Shown in pieces: positions 11,288-26,339 of a DNA stretch of 64,000 nucleotides. The stretch's first letter is position 1. The number at the start of each line of letters is the position of its first letter. The DNA lies in contig NC_042998.1 in assembly GCF_006345805.1 (NCBI RefSeq), positions 171,492,001 through 171,556,000 on the forward strand, given 5' to 3'. The notes under the pieces are model-generated. The model did no database searches and was not told where the DNA came from. It saw only the letters and a list, made by a program, of their open reading frames with translations. This DNA comes from Octopus sinensis (Eukaryota). The position numbers and the translations under genes were made by a program.

Positions 11288-12196
11288 ACACACACATACA
11301 CACACACACACACAATAATAATAGCAATAATCCTTGGATGGAATTTATAAACATTTAATGCATCGCTACAAGCGCTTCCAGTAATCACATGTCTCTTAAG
11401 ATCACAGTCCATATTCCTGGGATGATAACAGTGTAGCCCATAGTATCCGTGGGCGTCATTTCTTCAGGATATATAACATCATTGGATGTTTGACAGAGGG
11501 ATATTTACCCTTTTGACCAGTGCGAAGCTTGATTGAATCATGTGGGTATTTCCGTGTGTATTTGGCGGGAAGGAGGAAAAGGTGATGGAAAGAGGGGAAG
11601 GAATGGTAGTTATATGGGAATGGAGGTGTGTGTGGTGATTTTGGGCTTATTTTGCTATTCAGTCTGCAGATGTCAAGGATGGGTAGTACATTCCTTTGTT
11701 TGATCTCATTTAAGGCATGGGTATCTTCAAGGAATTGTGAAGTAACCAGGTCAGCCGGTACAGCTACTACAACCATCAACTGTTGGAGTTCATTTTCTGA
11801 ACTGGTAAATGATACTTTCTCAAGGTGACCTTTTAATTGTTTCCGGTGGTACAGTAGCAACATCCTAAACATTGGTTGGTTGGTTTATTTGTTTGTGTTC
11901 CTTCCTTTTTCTAAAATATGCTAAGGGCTGTTCATGTTATCTCGTTTGAAAATGTTTTTTTCAAATTTCAGAAACGATGGTTTGCTTTCATGTTTACATG
12001 ATATGATCACTTCGGAGTGTCTATCTGGATGTGATGATTTCTAGAGTTTCTTCTGGGCATAAGTTGCATACTTTTGATGTTCCGTTGTATGGTGCAAAAA
12101 CGTTTCCCGTAAATAAGTTTAAAAGATATATATATATATTATTTACATTCGACATAATTCTTCATCTCTTAAATATAGAAATATATATATGTATAT

Positions 12197-12238
<42 letters not shown>

Positions 12239-12247
12239 ATGTATATA

Positions 12248-12311
<64 letters not shown>

Positions 12312-12323
<12 letters not shown>

Positions 12324-12391
12324 TAGAGAAAAACCACTATTATTATATTGATAGCTTACATAATAGTGGTTTTTCTCTAATTTATATATAT
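12312..12391. repeat. Perfect 32-bp inverted repeat with a 16-nt loop
   Basis: (TA)n-AAATTAGAGAAAAACCACTATTAT at 12312-12343 pairs exactly with 12360-12391. Confidence 0.9.
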
Positions 12392-13479
12392 TATATATTT
12401 ATATTGTGAAATTTGATTTAATACCCTGTAAGTTATATTATAATAATATATATACATATATATGCGCGCACATGAAATGCAAAAATCGATTTCGGCGGAA
12501 TTTGAACTCAGAACGTATAAACGGACGAAATGCCGCTAGGTATTTTGTCCGGCGTGCTAATGATTCTGCCAGCTCGCTTTGTTAATAACAGCTAGCAATT
12601 AGTTACTGGCTTTAATTGTCTCAATGAAAAGTATGTACTCAACTCAAACTCACATATCTGTATATGTTGATTTAACTATAAGAAATGAAACAAAAAGCAC
12701 ATAATTATGATCACATGCAGAGTTGACACGGCATATATGAACGTGACGTATAGGTTGTTAAAATGTCAAATAGAAAAAAAAAATCTTTGAAGGATAAGGA
12801 TTTGCAGAAATTTTGAATTGCAAATTTTTCGCTTTGGTATCTCTCATTAAGAACGGCTTCAGCATATATATACTTTTTTATGCATTTAAGAGATTGAAGG
12901 CTAAGTTTTCAATGACTCATATCAAGTGTTAAGTTGGATGGAAAACAAACGCAAAAAATATCTATGAAGTGTATGTTGTAAGGAAATACCTTTACTACTA
13001 ATGAGTATCAAATCAGTGAAAAAAAAAAAAACCTGAAGTGCCACTTCTTGATATCAAAGATACTTTCACGATGAGAAAGTGAATTCCTTATGGCATTTCC
13101 AAAGAAATAGTAGCTCAATGGGTTGTGGGTTTATTTAGACTAAGAAAAATATCCATGGTTAAAAAATGATTTTAAAATCTTAATTTTTAACGAAACATTA
13201 ACCACTGTGGTAAAATTAATACAACTACTGAAGACTGTCGCATCGAGGCATACCAAAGAAAAAAGTGAAAAAAAAAAAAGATGGAAAACTAATAGAACAT
13301 TTGTCCAAATTGTTTAAAATGCATTTGCATTATTATTATCATTGTAAATTGGCTAATTATATACAGTCTTGTTATTCTACCTAGCCAATTCGTAATAAAA
13401 ATTAGATATGGCTTACTAGTCAAGCATAATCTTATACAATCTATAATTGAGATTCATAGTTCCGACACAATTATAGGCA

Positions 13480-15440
13480 TAGTCATTTACATCCCTACCC
13501 CCACAGCAAAACCCAACGGTTTATTCTTAGTGGTGCTACAGATGCTCTGCAAATGATGCCTTCGTGCACCACACGGCCCCCCGGGCTTTTCCGCCACTGA
13601 AACTAGCCCTTTGCCAAAAGGATCTCTACTAGCTTTTCGGAGTCTTCTTTTCCTCCACTCCTAAACAATGATAGCCCTGTAACCAATAGCTCCATGGAAA
13701 AAAGCCTTCATCTCCGATGCCACTTTCCATCTAACCTCAACTCCGAAACTTGCCCTTTCCACCGAAGGGCTCCCCAATCTACTAATATACATGCCGAATG
13801 CGGAAATATCTTCACGTGCTTCGAACGAATAAGAACACCGGCTCTGGCAATGTGCCTTCCCTTGTACATATGCAATGTCCCCCAGAAATTTCTCCTATAC
13901 TCTCCAAACTCTTTAACCTTTCACTCTCTACAATCCTATACCCTATTATTTGGCTTCAGTGTGTCTCTCTCCAAAGACAGGTAATACCATCCAACCCAAC
14001 CAACTATCGTCCATTTCTATCACTTTTCATATTTCAGGTAAAATGAAGACAACCATTTACAATGATGTTTCCCAACACTTTGAATCTCACTTTCTTCCCT
14101 CAGCGACCACCTGTACGGCATTTGCAGAACAAATCTACTAGAGACACCTTTCCTCTAATGTAATTTTTGCAGTGAGTTCTCTTGCTTTAGAGAATTTTGG
14201 CAATAGCAATGCTGTTGCTGTAGACAATAGCAAACATTCGACCATGTCTAGTATGCAAATTTCCTGTCAAAACTTTCTTTTTTCCTATGTGGTTCAACCT
14301 ATTTTTACCTCCGCCAAGGAAGGAGATTATGTTTTCATTGGCGTTGGTTTGTCCGCCTGTCCGTCTGTGTGCAAAATAACTCAAAATGTTGTGAACGGTA
14401 TTTGATGAAACTTGCAGAAAAAGTTGGTAATGACACGAGGAACAGATGATGAAATTTTGGTAGTGATCTTGGAATTTTTATGGATTCTTGAAGTATTTTT
14501 CCTTTGTTATATTTACTTTACATGAAGTATTCGTGTTACGTGATTTGATTATCTCCCTTGAAAACATCGCTTCCACGTAACCTATGGTGGCGTTGCTGCT
14601 TAGATACAGTGTTGATGATGACGATGGTTGAGATGAGTATGGGAGGAGGATAAAATAGTATCGGTGGTTATAATGGCGACAGGAGCAGTGTGATGTGTGA
14701 TGTGTAATGCAGAGGTGATGGTGGTAATAGTGGTGTTGATGATAGTGTTAGTTGTGGTATTGTAGTGGTTATACAGGCTGTGGTGGTAAAAGTGACTGTC
14801 AACGTAACCGTCATGATAATATTGATGGCGGTGTATGTGGTTGAAGTGGAAGCAATGACAATGCTACTGATGATATTGGTGGTTGTGAACTGCTTCAGAT
14901 GATTCCTGTTTTTAAAGGGTTTTGCATCCCACTCACTCTAAACATGAACAGTACACAGCTAGAACATTTATAGTCACTCTAAATGCTGGGACTCGCTATC
15001 ACAAAGGATTTACCCTGCTGAAAGCACGTCCTTAGTATAAATAGGATCACACTGACGCAATACAAGGCACAAGTAAAGCTTTCAATGGAGCACTTCTCCC
15101 ACATCTGGGACGATGCTACTGCTACTTATATACTGGATTACATTCTGAAAAGGGCCACTCAGCACTTTGGCAATTGACCACTAACTGACACAAATGATAT
15201 ATCTACTCTATTTGCTCTTTCTATCGCTACTATGAGAACTTTTACTTCGCCGAGCTGGCTGTTCTCGTGCCTCCGCCATTCAGATATCCCCGACTGTTAT
15301 CCTTGCTTCATCTCACGTTATCCTTGTTGCATCCAATATTCCTCTTCCGCATTAACCATTATCTCTAAACAGAACATTAACAACATGAATTTCACCAGAC
15401 TCGCAGATTCTAGATGAGTCATGAGCTCTGTCCCTTCCTC
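13480..15440 (+). mobile_element. Degenerate CR1/L2/Jockey-group LINE RT fragments, interrupted by other repeats
   Basis: Remnant peptides NKNTGSGNVP...PEISPILSKLFNLSL...SNPTNYRP (13798-14046) and a YKAQV..SMEH.SHIWD-like stretch near 15060-15160. Confidence 0.65.
14302..14610 (+). mobile_element. Non-autonomous repeat resembling Helentron/DINE-1-type elements
   Basis: Starts TTTTTACCTCCGCCAAGGAAGGAGATTATGTTTTC followed by a GTCY-type repeat. Recognised from memory only. Confidence 0.35.
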
Positions 15441-16014
15441 CAGGCTTAGTAAATAAAAAATGAAATCTAAACATTATAAATTGTACATGCATGTATGCTT
15501 TCATAAAGAAATGAATAGACATCTATTAATATGTCGGGCTGATTTCTCTTGAAAGCAAATTAATATGAGGCAAAGTTTTATACAAAGTTAATGAGTAAAA
15601 AATGTGAATCAAGTTATTCTTAATGTTCACGATATTATAACAGACTCTATGACGTGTAAGAATGAGAGCTTGCTACTACAAAAGGAAAATGAATGGCTCG
15701 TACTTGTCAATATGGTATTTTCTCAGATAGATTTACAAGATTAAAGTTTCTACTAATAAATAATTAAATAAGTATCCAAACAGAAATGCATCTAGTAATA
15801 GGTTAATCTGCTTCAAATTATTATGATTAAATTTCACTGAACTTGTGAATATTGAACTGCACTAATACTGGTTTTGTTCTGTTGTTATTCGTAATTTAAA
15901 AAAATATAACAAGCCCAATATTAACACCTAGAGACACATATATACATGCATACGCACACATACACGCGTGCACGCACACACACATACACTCATACACTCA
16001 TACACACACACGCA

Positions 16015-16052
<38 letters not shown>

Positions 16053-16157
16053 GCACGCGCACTGTATTTCTGTATTTCTCTATTTTAAAGCTTTCCCTAA
16101 TGCGTAACATACGCTAATCTGCATTGGTTACAACACCTAGAATCATTCTACTTTCTA

Positions 16158-16388
16158 TTTCTTTACTACCCACAAGGGGCTAAACACAGAGGGGACAAAC
16201 AAGGACAGACAAACGGATTAAGTCGATTACATCGACCCCAGTGCGTAACTGGTACTTAATTTATCGACCCCGAAAGGATGAAAGGCAAAGTCGACCTCGG
16301 CGGAATTTGAACTTAGAACGTAACGGCAGACGAAATACGGCTACGCATTTCGCCCGGCGTGCTAACGTTTCTGCCAGCTCGCCGCCTT
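16158..16388 (-). mobile_element. tRNA-derived SINE, full length
   Basis: Minus-strand head GGCGGCGAGCTGGCAGAAACGTTAGC (A-box-like), B-box-like AAGTTCAAATTCC, central GCCTTTCATCCTTTCGGGGTCGATAAA domain. Near-identical to 28209-28438. Confidence 0.85.
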
Positions 16389-16831
16389 ATTCTACTATCG
16401 ACCAATCGAAGTAAGCGACTGTGTTTTCCGACTGACCACATGGGTTAAATAGTGGCACCGAACTGTAAGCAGCAGAAGGGCGTGGGCTACTCTTTAATGG
16501 TAGTCACTCGTGCTCGAGAAAGACAGTTCCGTAATTACTTGTTGAACAACTTGTACACGTGATTTGTTTAAAATGATCGAATATTTCTGCTGCACATTAA
16601 TTCATTTCCTCCATCAAATCGATATTACCTGTACAGGTGCACCGTGTGCTTCATGTCAGGAGCGTAAGTGATCCCAGAGCAACGCAAGATGGCGTGTTTC
16701 GCTCAAGAACACAACGCACCGCCCGGTCCGCGAATCGAACCCACGATCTCCTAACCACTAGACCACCCCCTTCACTATGCGGCCGCATCATATATATACA
16801 CCATCTGATGTATGTACACACACACACACAC

Positions 16832-16867
<36 letters not shown>

Positions 16868-17136
16868 CCGAGGCATTGATACAGTCGCCTCGTGTATATC
16901 CGTCTCTCCCAGGTTTCTTTTACTGATGAAGTGTGACCTATGGTAGACTAGCTTAATTTAATTTAATTAAGCTGGTCTATCATTAAAGACACTGAAACGA
17001 TGCATCGTATAAAAGATGAATTAGGGTAAATGTTTTTAAATTTTCACCTTATTTCCGAATTACACTACTTGGCGGTTGGAGTTCTGGCTGCTCTTTCTGG
17101 TGGACGAATGGCCTGTTTAGGCCATTCCTAAATTGT

Positions 17137-17174
<38 letters not shown>

Positions 17175-17184
17175 TATATACATA

Positions 17185-17258
<74 letters not shown>

Positions 17259-17461
17259 CCACATGGATTTTAGATGTAATGGAAGAACATTGGGAAGCTG
17301 TACGACAGCGAAAACCCAGACTGTTAAATGTTTTTTTTTCCATTTTTTTTTTTCAATACAGAATCTTTTAGTTTACGACATGCAATTAATAGTTATTCAC
17401 TAAAATGTTTTTCATTCGAAAACTTCTAAATAGCATTTGATCTTTTCTCTCTCGCCTATTT

Positions 17462-17518
17462 TATCATCATCATCATCATCATCATCATCACCAACACCAC
17501 CACCACCACCACCACAAC

Positions 17519-17612
<94 letters not shown>

Positions 17613-17620
17613 GTCATTAA

Positions 17621-17666
<46 letters not shown>
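17462..17666. repeat. Compound trinucleotide microsatellite (CAT/CAC)n(TAT)n
   Basis: Direct reading. Confidence 0.95.
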
Positions 17667-18757
17667 TGTGTGCGTGTATTACGTATGTGTAATTCATCTT
17701 GTAACAACATACATTACTATGTTTTCAGCATTATTATTATTATACGAAAACATTTGTTATATGGAAGCATATTGTGTAGTTATATGTGTTACATAAATAT
17801 ATGGGAAAACTATTTAACCTTTTAGTTAAAAAATAAAACTTGTTTTATTCAAGCAATGTGTGTGCATGTGTGTGTGTACATGTATGTGTGTGTGTGCGGG
17901 CGTGTGTGCAAATTTAACGCATTTTCATTTTCAATCCTTTCTCATTATTTTCACTCTCTCTGTCTTTATCTCTCTCCCCCCTCTCTCTCTCTCAACATAT
18001 ATATGTATGTATGCGCGCGCATGTGTGATTTTATTATTTTACTCTTTCACCGGTTTCAGTCATTGGACTGCAGCCATTCTGGTGCGTGGCCTTCGAGGGT
18101 TTTTTCAGTCGTATCGAGCCTTGTGCTTATTTTTAAGCATGATACTTATTTTATGGATTCTATTTTATGAGCCGCTAGTTATTCTAGTAGTAAAGCAGTT
18201 AATGAAAACACAGTCTAGACTCGCGCGTACACATACATGCTTCGGGCTGCCTTTCTTCTGCAAGGCATTGGTCAACTCGATGCTATTGAAAAAGGCATTT
18301 ATCCAAGGTGCCTCTCGGTAGGACCAAATTTGAATCCACATAGTTGTGAAGTGACTGCTTAACCACATAACCATGCCCATACATACATACATACATACAT
18401 ACATACATACATACATACATACATACATACATACATACATACATACAATATTTATATATTTTTATATATATTCTATATTGGAAAAATTTTGATAGACACA
18501 AGTTTATAGAATTTGTTTCCTATGTAAGCTTCACCGTTGTGGCTTTTCAGAACCTCGGCGTTGGATTCCAAACAACACAACGATGAAACGTACGTAGTTA
18601 ACAAATGAAATAAACTAGTGTTTATCATAATTTTTTCTACACTTGCCCTGTATATCATAACCAACAATGCAACTCAGTAAAGTAGCTGATTTTTTTTTTA
18701 TTGCTGAGCTTCAGTAACTCCAAAAGCATTAACACTTCGTGATAAAAATAATAATTA

Positions 18758-19155
18758 TGGATCTTTTCGTTTTGAACGGCAGTTTTTAACATAATTTCTA
18801 GGTAACTAAAAATTTTTAAACTTCGTATACTGGTAGAATGTGTTTATAAAACATCTTTTTCTCTTGGCTTTATTGAGATATTTGTTTTTTTTTCTCTTCA
18901 ATTTCTGCAATTTCAACCAATCAGTGACGTCTATTGAGTTATAAAGCATTCTGTGCCGTTTGAATATGTCCCTCGTTTAAGAAACAGATTGGGTTTATTT
19001 ACATTTGTGAAGAAAAAAAGATACCCTTCCCCCACCCCTAACCCTAACCCTAAAAGAGATTGAAATGCAATAGATCGATTCTAGGGTCATAATTATGGGT
19101 GACAATTTCATATGACACCGCTAGAAAAAACTGCCGATCAAACCGAAAAGACCCA
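18758..19155. mobile_element. MITE with ~29-bp TIRs and TA flanks
   Basis: TGGATCTTTTCGTTTTGAACGGCAGTTTT ... AAAACTGCCGATCAAACCGAAAAGACCCA, with TA on both sides. Contains (CCCTAA)3 at 19036-19053. Confidence 0.75.
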
Positions 19156-19904
19156 TATTTATTTTTATTTTAAATGAAATGATTATTAATTTTCAATAAG
19201 ACTTTGACTGCCAACTCAGGGCATTATAATGCCTGATTAAGTCTATATTCCAAATGTTACAGCTTGTTAGGTTACTCTTGTTCCTATAAATTGAACACTT
19301 AGCAATTAAGCAGTTTGTAGTTCCTAGAAATTCTGAATATTGCATCGTCACTACTAATGGTATTTATTTAAGCACGAAATACGTGACAGAAATTCGTAAA
19401 CTATATCTTTTGTAATTTGTTTTTTCTTCATCATGTTTTGATGTATTTGACTAAATGTAGATAGAATGTCTGGTTAAGAACTTTCTCTAAACTTGTTGGG
19501 CTTTTTCTTTGAAGCATGACGATGTGAAAATACTCAGCAGCTTTTACTGTATAAAAAAGTAAACAGTAAAGACGGTGTTAACATACTCGTACGCTAGCAA
19601 CGACTTAATAATTTATTCTTTTACATCGTACTTGCTGGGGGTAAGATTGATCTGAAACAGTAGGTGATTACCAGAGACAAAATGATTTAGAATTATATTG
19701 TTACGTTCTAGGTTTTTCGTTAGTAAATCGTTTTTTTTTGTTTTTTATTGTATATTTTTCAGATAGTTTTCTTTTCAGAGTCCAGCAAAAAATAGAAAAT
19801 ATAGCATACACGAACAGATACGTCTAGTGGGAATGTTTGAAACAAAAAAAGGAATCCTAGTTTCCCGTTAATGTCGTACTGGTGATATTACCAGCAAAAA
19901 CTAG

Positions 19905-20060
19905 AAGGATCGTTAAGGCGTCGATAAAAAATTGCTTTGCGCATTCTTTTCGACTCTTTACGTTTGAGTTCAAGTCCTGCCGAGTCGACCTTGTCATTCA
20001 TCCTTTCGGTGTCAATAAAGTAAAGCACCAATCAAATACTGGTTCGGTGGTATTTATTAC
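19905..20060 (+). mobile_element. Degenerate tRNA-derived SINE
   Basis: GAGTTCAAGTCC B-box-like motif and CATTCATCCTTTCGGTGTCAATAAA central domain. Confidence 0.6.
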
Positions 20061-21469
20061 TCAAAATTATTGGCCGTATTTTTAAGTTAGAAGCAGCATT
20101 ACCTGTAACAGAGGGGCAGTGGTGTGGTAGACCGTCGGTCTTAAGTAATAGCCTCTAACTTACTGCGTTCAAATCTAGCCATAGATATGCCTTCCATTCT
20201 TGAGAGGACGAAATTAAAGCCAATCATATGCTGGGTAGCTGGAAGACATAATATTTTACATTTAACCCCCAAATTAGATACTTTAGGCCTATGTTTAATA
20301 AAAATCAATACTTATTTCTAACAGGCAACAGTCATCAATTTTCGGGACTCAATATTAATATCAGAAGTTGTGTGCATTTGTAGATCAGGATTTGTTCAGA
20401 AGTGAGTTTTATGTCTTTCAAATATTTAATGTATACGTTTTATTACTGTTAAATGTCCCAGTTTGTCAGATCTTATTTGGCGGTTATGGTTATGATTAAG
20501 ATGTTTATTGATAGAGTGATATTTGTCTAAAGCTGCAAATAATAGTTTCGTGTTTGATGTACATGAAAAGAAGAGGAGTGATTTGTTACCTGAATAAGAG
20601 TGAATAGTGTTAGTTAGAATGATAAGAAGCTCATTCATGAGAAAGGAAAGAAACGATTGATCCTCGGTTGATAGCTGAGTCAATGTAGTTGGGGTAGAGA
20701 CGTTGTTGCCATTGAAGGCGAAATGTGCTGCCAGTTCGGAAGTCCCCGATCGAAGTTGTTAGATTCAGAATAATACGCAAGAAGCAAATTTGGACAGTAT
20801 TGCTAGGAACATGTTCAACATGCACACACACGCACGCACACACACAGACACACACACACAGACACACACACACACACACGCACGCACAGGCATACACACA
20901 CACACACACCACCACCACCACCAACACCACCAACAACAACAACAACTCACTGACAGAATCGAACAAAGAATGATTGGATACCCTTCTTATCCTTCGCTTT
21001 CAACTGATATTGTCGAGAGAAGTAAATATTTTTTTGAAGCGGAATATCGAATTTCCACCTTGTTTTCAGTCGCAACTGAACTCCAGGCAGTGTTTTATAT
21101 ATGCATTCTCGTAACAATAGAAACTGCAGCAGTTTTATTTATTGCTTGTTTATGATAAAGTTCAAATAGCCATTTGCTATTATTTGCTTGATGACAGCGC
21201 TAAATACCCATGGAGCAACTTATGGAATATTTTTGCAACAAAACATCAATATTTTCTGCTTGTTGCTGTAAAGTTGACCAGGCTTTTATTTCATTTTGTT
21301 GCTATTTCTATCCTTCTGTTGGTGTTTTCTGTTCCCTTTTAAATCTTCATGACACCAGCAAAGACTAAAATACCCTGAAACTAACATCTATACCATCCAC
21401 CATTTTCCATACAATTCATCTTTATCACGTCATCTGCTTGCCCAGTTGGTCTTTATTATGACTCATTTG

Positions 21470-22250
21470 AAATACCGGGTAACTATTTTATCTATTAAAA
21501 TCACGTATATGATCAAACAAGGTTGGTAAGAACGTAATTAGTTTGTGTGTGATAACTTGTTCTATAATTCTGCTGATATATGAATTCAGGGAAATAGGTC
21601 TCTTGTTTGTTAGCTTCTGATCTGTTTTATTTATTATGAATGTTTCTCCTATCTTGGCGTCGGAGTTTGCTGTTTCCAAAGGTGCTTTAAAAAAATAGTT
21701 GAGGCGTTTTGGTCATTATTTTAGAATTTATGAAGAAAAAACTTACTTCTGAGTGCAGATATATTTTTATCTTTGAAAATTATATTTTTTATAATGATGG
21801 AATTGATGGTAGATAAAATGTCAATGTTGAAGAACTTTTTAATACCGTAACAAAATGTTACGATTGTTTGTTATGTTTACATTCATATTTCATTTTACTG
21901 CTGTGTGGTATTTGTTTTAAAGTTTGATTCATTTTCGATGTCTATGAGCGATAATCGTTATTGTTTTACCTATCTCAGTGGTATTTTCATTAAATTGATT
22001 TGAGAGCTTTGTTCTTTATCTCATGAGAATGTTATTGTTAAAAGAAATATAATTCAAGGAACTCTGAACACTTTCTCGAGAACACGTTTGATGTATAAAG
22101 ATGGTATTGTTGATAAATCACTTAAAATTAATAGCATTGTCATACATAAAGAGAAAACTTGGTCACTCTTGCATGCAATCTTGTTTTCAATAGATTTTAA
22201 GTCAGCTTTATTCACAACTCAGATCGGAATTTTATGAGGTTCTAAGTTAA
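21470..22250 (-). mobile_element. Highly degenerate L1/Tx1-like RT remnant
   Basis: ORF 21488..21679 NKRPISLNSYISRIIEQVITHKLITFLPTL resembles the RPISLLN..YK...R L RT motif. The extent is approximate. Confidence 0.5.
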
Positions 22251-22425
22251 ATATATAATTCTTTTGTGGTCAGAGTGACAGAGTAAGTAATTTTGTATCT
22301 CTGTGTGTTGTAGACAAGTCAGCTGCTATATCTCCTATTCTCTGTGCCCTGTTAGAAATGATTTCGTCACTCTACTTCTAAGATTTGTTCCTTTCCTTCT
22401 TCTTCAAATGAATATCCTTGTGACT

Positions 22426-22497
<72 letters not shown>

Positions 22498-23785
22498 AGA
22501 GACAGACAGAGAAAGAAAGAGAGAAAGAGAATTTATATCTTTTCCATGGAAAGCTGTGTAATTGAATTAGTTTCAGCTGAGGTTCGACACTCGTTCTCAT
22601 CCTTGGTTCCCAAAGACCTTGCCTCTTACTCAATGGTATTCGCCACCTTCTCTAGTATGGATTTATGGCCATTGATTTATTTTACCAACCTCGAAGAGAT
22701 GAATGATAAACTAGATCCTGGCAGGATCTGAACTGAAAACGTAGGCGAATGATGCTCTATCGCGTTTGTCGGCTCCCGATCTTCGTCTTAACATTTTAAA
22801 CAGTTTGATTTTCAGTTAATCATCAAGTGTTATAATTGCCATGGTTTGTATACGTGCTCAGGTTAGCATGAGTATGCATATCATTCTCTGGTGTATATCA
22901 GTGAAGGATATATACATATCGATGATAAAAACCGAAACAAGTGCATAACACACGAAGTTCCAAGCGTCGAGTTCCAGATACGTCCTTCCCCAGCACTCTC
23001 ACCGTTGAGAAATGCAGTAAGTCAATGGTTGGTCTACTAGAAACCTGTAACTAACGACGTTATTGTTCACCAATTGCGATATAGGATAAAAGTAAATAAA
23101 CAAATCACTTTAGGTTTTCGATCAATTCGGATCCCTTCTGGCTTCTCAAAAGTTAAAGTTTGTTGATGAACACTGAAACAAGAATTCAGTAACTTTAATA
23201 TAATATTAAGTTCAAACTTTCAGTTTATTTCTGTGTCCAACAATTTAAGAATATAGCCACGAAGGAATTCCTGTCGAATCAATTATGGTTCTTTTACCAC
23301 TCTGACTTTCGGTTGAGTTTAACCAAACAGATAAAATGTCGTTTCACATAGATACAAATATTTTGATAAACACAACCTGCAGCGTTCAACAGAAACTGTT
23401 GATTTAAATAATGGAAGACAAATTTCACTATCTGAAATGATTGATATCAGTATAACGCATCAGGAAACTGAAGCCAAAACCGGAAATTTTCATTCTAGCC
23501 TATAGTTCATGTCAAATAAATAATTGAAAAGCGGCGAAGAACATACGGCCGCTAACAGCTACACAATGCTAACAGGCAACAAAAATCGCTATATTTCGGT
23601 TGGGAAAGAAGCAAGAATATAAATTTTATAAAATCCTCTCACTACCAAATTATGCTAAATTGATGATTTGTGAATTTCAGGCAAAGTTGTATGTTTATTC
23701 TTATTAGAGTTCCATGTGTGTAGTTATAGGAGAGCATGCACGCGCGCGCACACCCGCACACGCACACCCGCACACGCACACACCC

Positions 23786-23852
<67 letters not shown>

Positions 23853-23863
23853 GTCTGTCTGTC

Positions 23864-23922
<59 letters not shown>

Positions 23923-25084
23923 AAAGAGGACAAAATGATAAATTTACTGCTGGAGGAAATTGTTTTCATTAAATATCTTTTAATAAAACAAGTTTTCGAG
24001 TAACATTTTCGAAGTCATTCTTCATTTTGAGATGAAGATGAAAAATGAAGATGGAAATTACGGAATACATACCTGTGTCTGATGGTTCGACTCTAGTGTA
24101 TGCATAGGTTCATTATTAAGTCCTTATGTAATATTAAATTTGTTTAATTTTAATTCTGTATACCGTAGAAATAATCTCCGAAAAAGATAAGTGAAAGAAT
24201 TTATTATATTTTAAAATGGATTTATTCAACATGTCAGCAATCATTACACGTTAAAACTGCGATTTGATTCTGAAGTTACAGAAATATATTTTACATTCGA
24301 TTTTCAATTATACTCTGAATCACATTAGCCCTACTCCCAAATCCTCTATCGATAGAACGAATTTCTGCTGAAGAAAAGTAGTCATTAGATAACTCCATTA
24401 AATAACGTTGACAATTATTACATATTGCGACTCAATGCTCTCCTTGTCAACCGGTTTAATGACGTTGTGGTTTCAGTGGTGCATGCTTCTGTGTGCGTAT
24501 AGTTCACCTTCTAGATATTAAGGCATCTTAACCGCTTCCGAAAATCAAAGCGGTTCGTACCCTGCAGCTTTCTTATATTTCACCTACAATACGAAGAAAG
24601 GCTCATCTTCTGCCTTTGCACTACAACCAACATTATCTGAACAACTGCCTAATTTTCCTTTATCTACCTGCAAATACGACCACATATTCACAGACAAAAT
24701 ATCACCACTCCGATGCACAGAACAAATACAAACAAAAACAAATCCCTACAAAAGGTGTCACTAACCGCACACATATACACACGACACATTCACAAACAAA
24801 TCACATCAATCACACGCACAAGCGTACAAACCTCGTACATTCCTACTTAGTCTAAACTCACTCAAGAAGACAATAATACTTGATACACACGCAGTTCACC
24901 AAATTATAAAGCTAAACTTCCCACTACGAACTGAATTAAAATTTTTCTGAGTCTGACTTTGTTTTTCATCTTTGCGGGATCGATAATTAAGTGCAAAACA
25001 TTTATTTGATGGTCGATACCATTTGTTTGGTCGACGATACCTTTTCCCTAACAATATGTACTCTTGTGCCAATGTAAAATACTA

Positions 25085-25658
25085 TTGGGTTGTCCGGAAA
25101 GTTCATGCCGATTTTTAAAGGAAAGAAAAAGGTCAATAAATACCTGCCATTACCCAAGCTTTACCAGGGGCTCATGAACGACAGATTTTGATAGGTTGAG
25201 GCTTTCTGCCAATTCTCGGGTTGTGCAATGTAGGTTATTCTCAATTTATGACTTGATTTGGTCATCATCTGTGGTGGATGGTCTGCCTGATCGCTCTTTA
25301 TCAATAAGGCTACAATCTCCGGCTCAGAACCTTGCGAACCACTTCCGTACAGTTCTTTCGGATAAAGAAACATCACCGTGAACTGCGCATATTTCTTTGG
25401 TTGCTTGTGAGGCATTTTTCCCTCTACGGAAAAAGAAAAGCATCAAGTGCCGAAAATGAACTTTCTTATCTTCCATTTTAAAGGGTCATAGAATTAACAC
25501 AGGTTATAGGAACATAAACATTCTTCCACGAAAAGATAGCTTAAGCTGTGCTCTAAATGGAGGTGTAGTCAAATTCTATTTTATGGACTCAACCATGTTC
25601 TAAAATAAGTCGAAAGGTAAGCTACTATAAATCGGCACGAACTTTCCGGACAACCCAA
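25085..25658 (-). mobile_element. Internally deleted mariner derivative (same family as 6236-6790)
   Basis: TIRs TTGGGTTGTCCGGAAAGTTC... Minus strand keeps the N-terminal HTH remnant (ERTVRKWFARFRAG..KERSGRPS). Confidence 0.8.
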
Positions 25659-26339
25659 CATATACGTTTTCGGTAGATTTCTCAAAATGAAGCGATATTA
25701 TCTAAGCGACATTTATTTAATTAAATTAGTTCGTTGACCTGCTAGAATTATTTTCATTCAGTTGTTCATTTTTATGTGTGTGTTCGGTTTTTATCCTGTA
25801 TTGCATCTGCAATGATACATTTTGTAAAACCATCGAAAAATTTTAACAAAACATACATCTACGCAGACATAAGACCGAATTCACACGCTTCTACTTGTTG
25901 ACATATATACACATTTATTTATACATCCTCAAACTCATACAAAATCTCCAAGTATATTATTAAAACGCTTTTTTAAAACCCAAACACACACATACACACA
26001 CTGCCTACTTGGATATAAGGAGGAAATGGAAGCTAGAGCGAATACAAAGAAGACGGTTGTCTTTATATGACCTTTTTTATCCCGAAAGAATTCTCTGATA
26101 ATTATTTTAATCTCAGTTATTTATAAATCAAAAACAGGAGTAATTAAAAGTGAATAAGACAATACGAACAAGAAGAATGGAACAACAAAAAAAAATTAAA
26201 TTAGTGTGGAAATAATCAGTAGGATAATTAAGAAAATGAGAAGAAAAGATTGGAAGAAAGGAAGAAAATGCAGGAGGCAAGAAATAAAGTGCAAAGCTGA
26301 AGAAAATGGTAACAAGATAGAGAGAGAACGGGAGAGAAA

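Noticed and set aside
11456-11872. 138-aa minus-strand ORF
   Set aside because: No recognisable motif or splice context; probably decayed repeat sequence.
16300-16388. tRNA-like A/B boxes (here and in other SINE heads)
   Set aside because: No cloverleaf; they are heads of multi-copy SINEs rather than tRNA genes.
19036-19053. (CCCTAA)3 telomeric repeat
   Set aside because: Only three units, inside a MITE; not evidence for a telomere or a fusion site.
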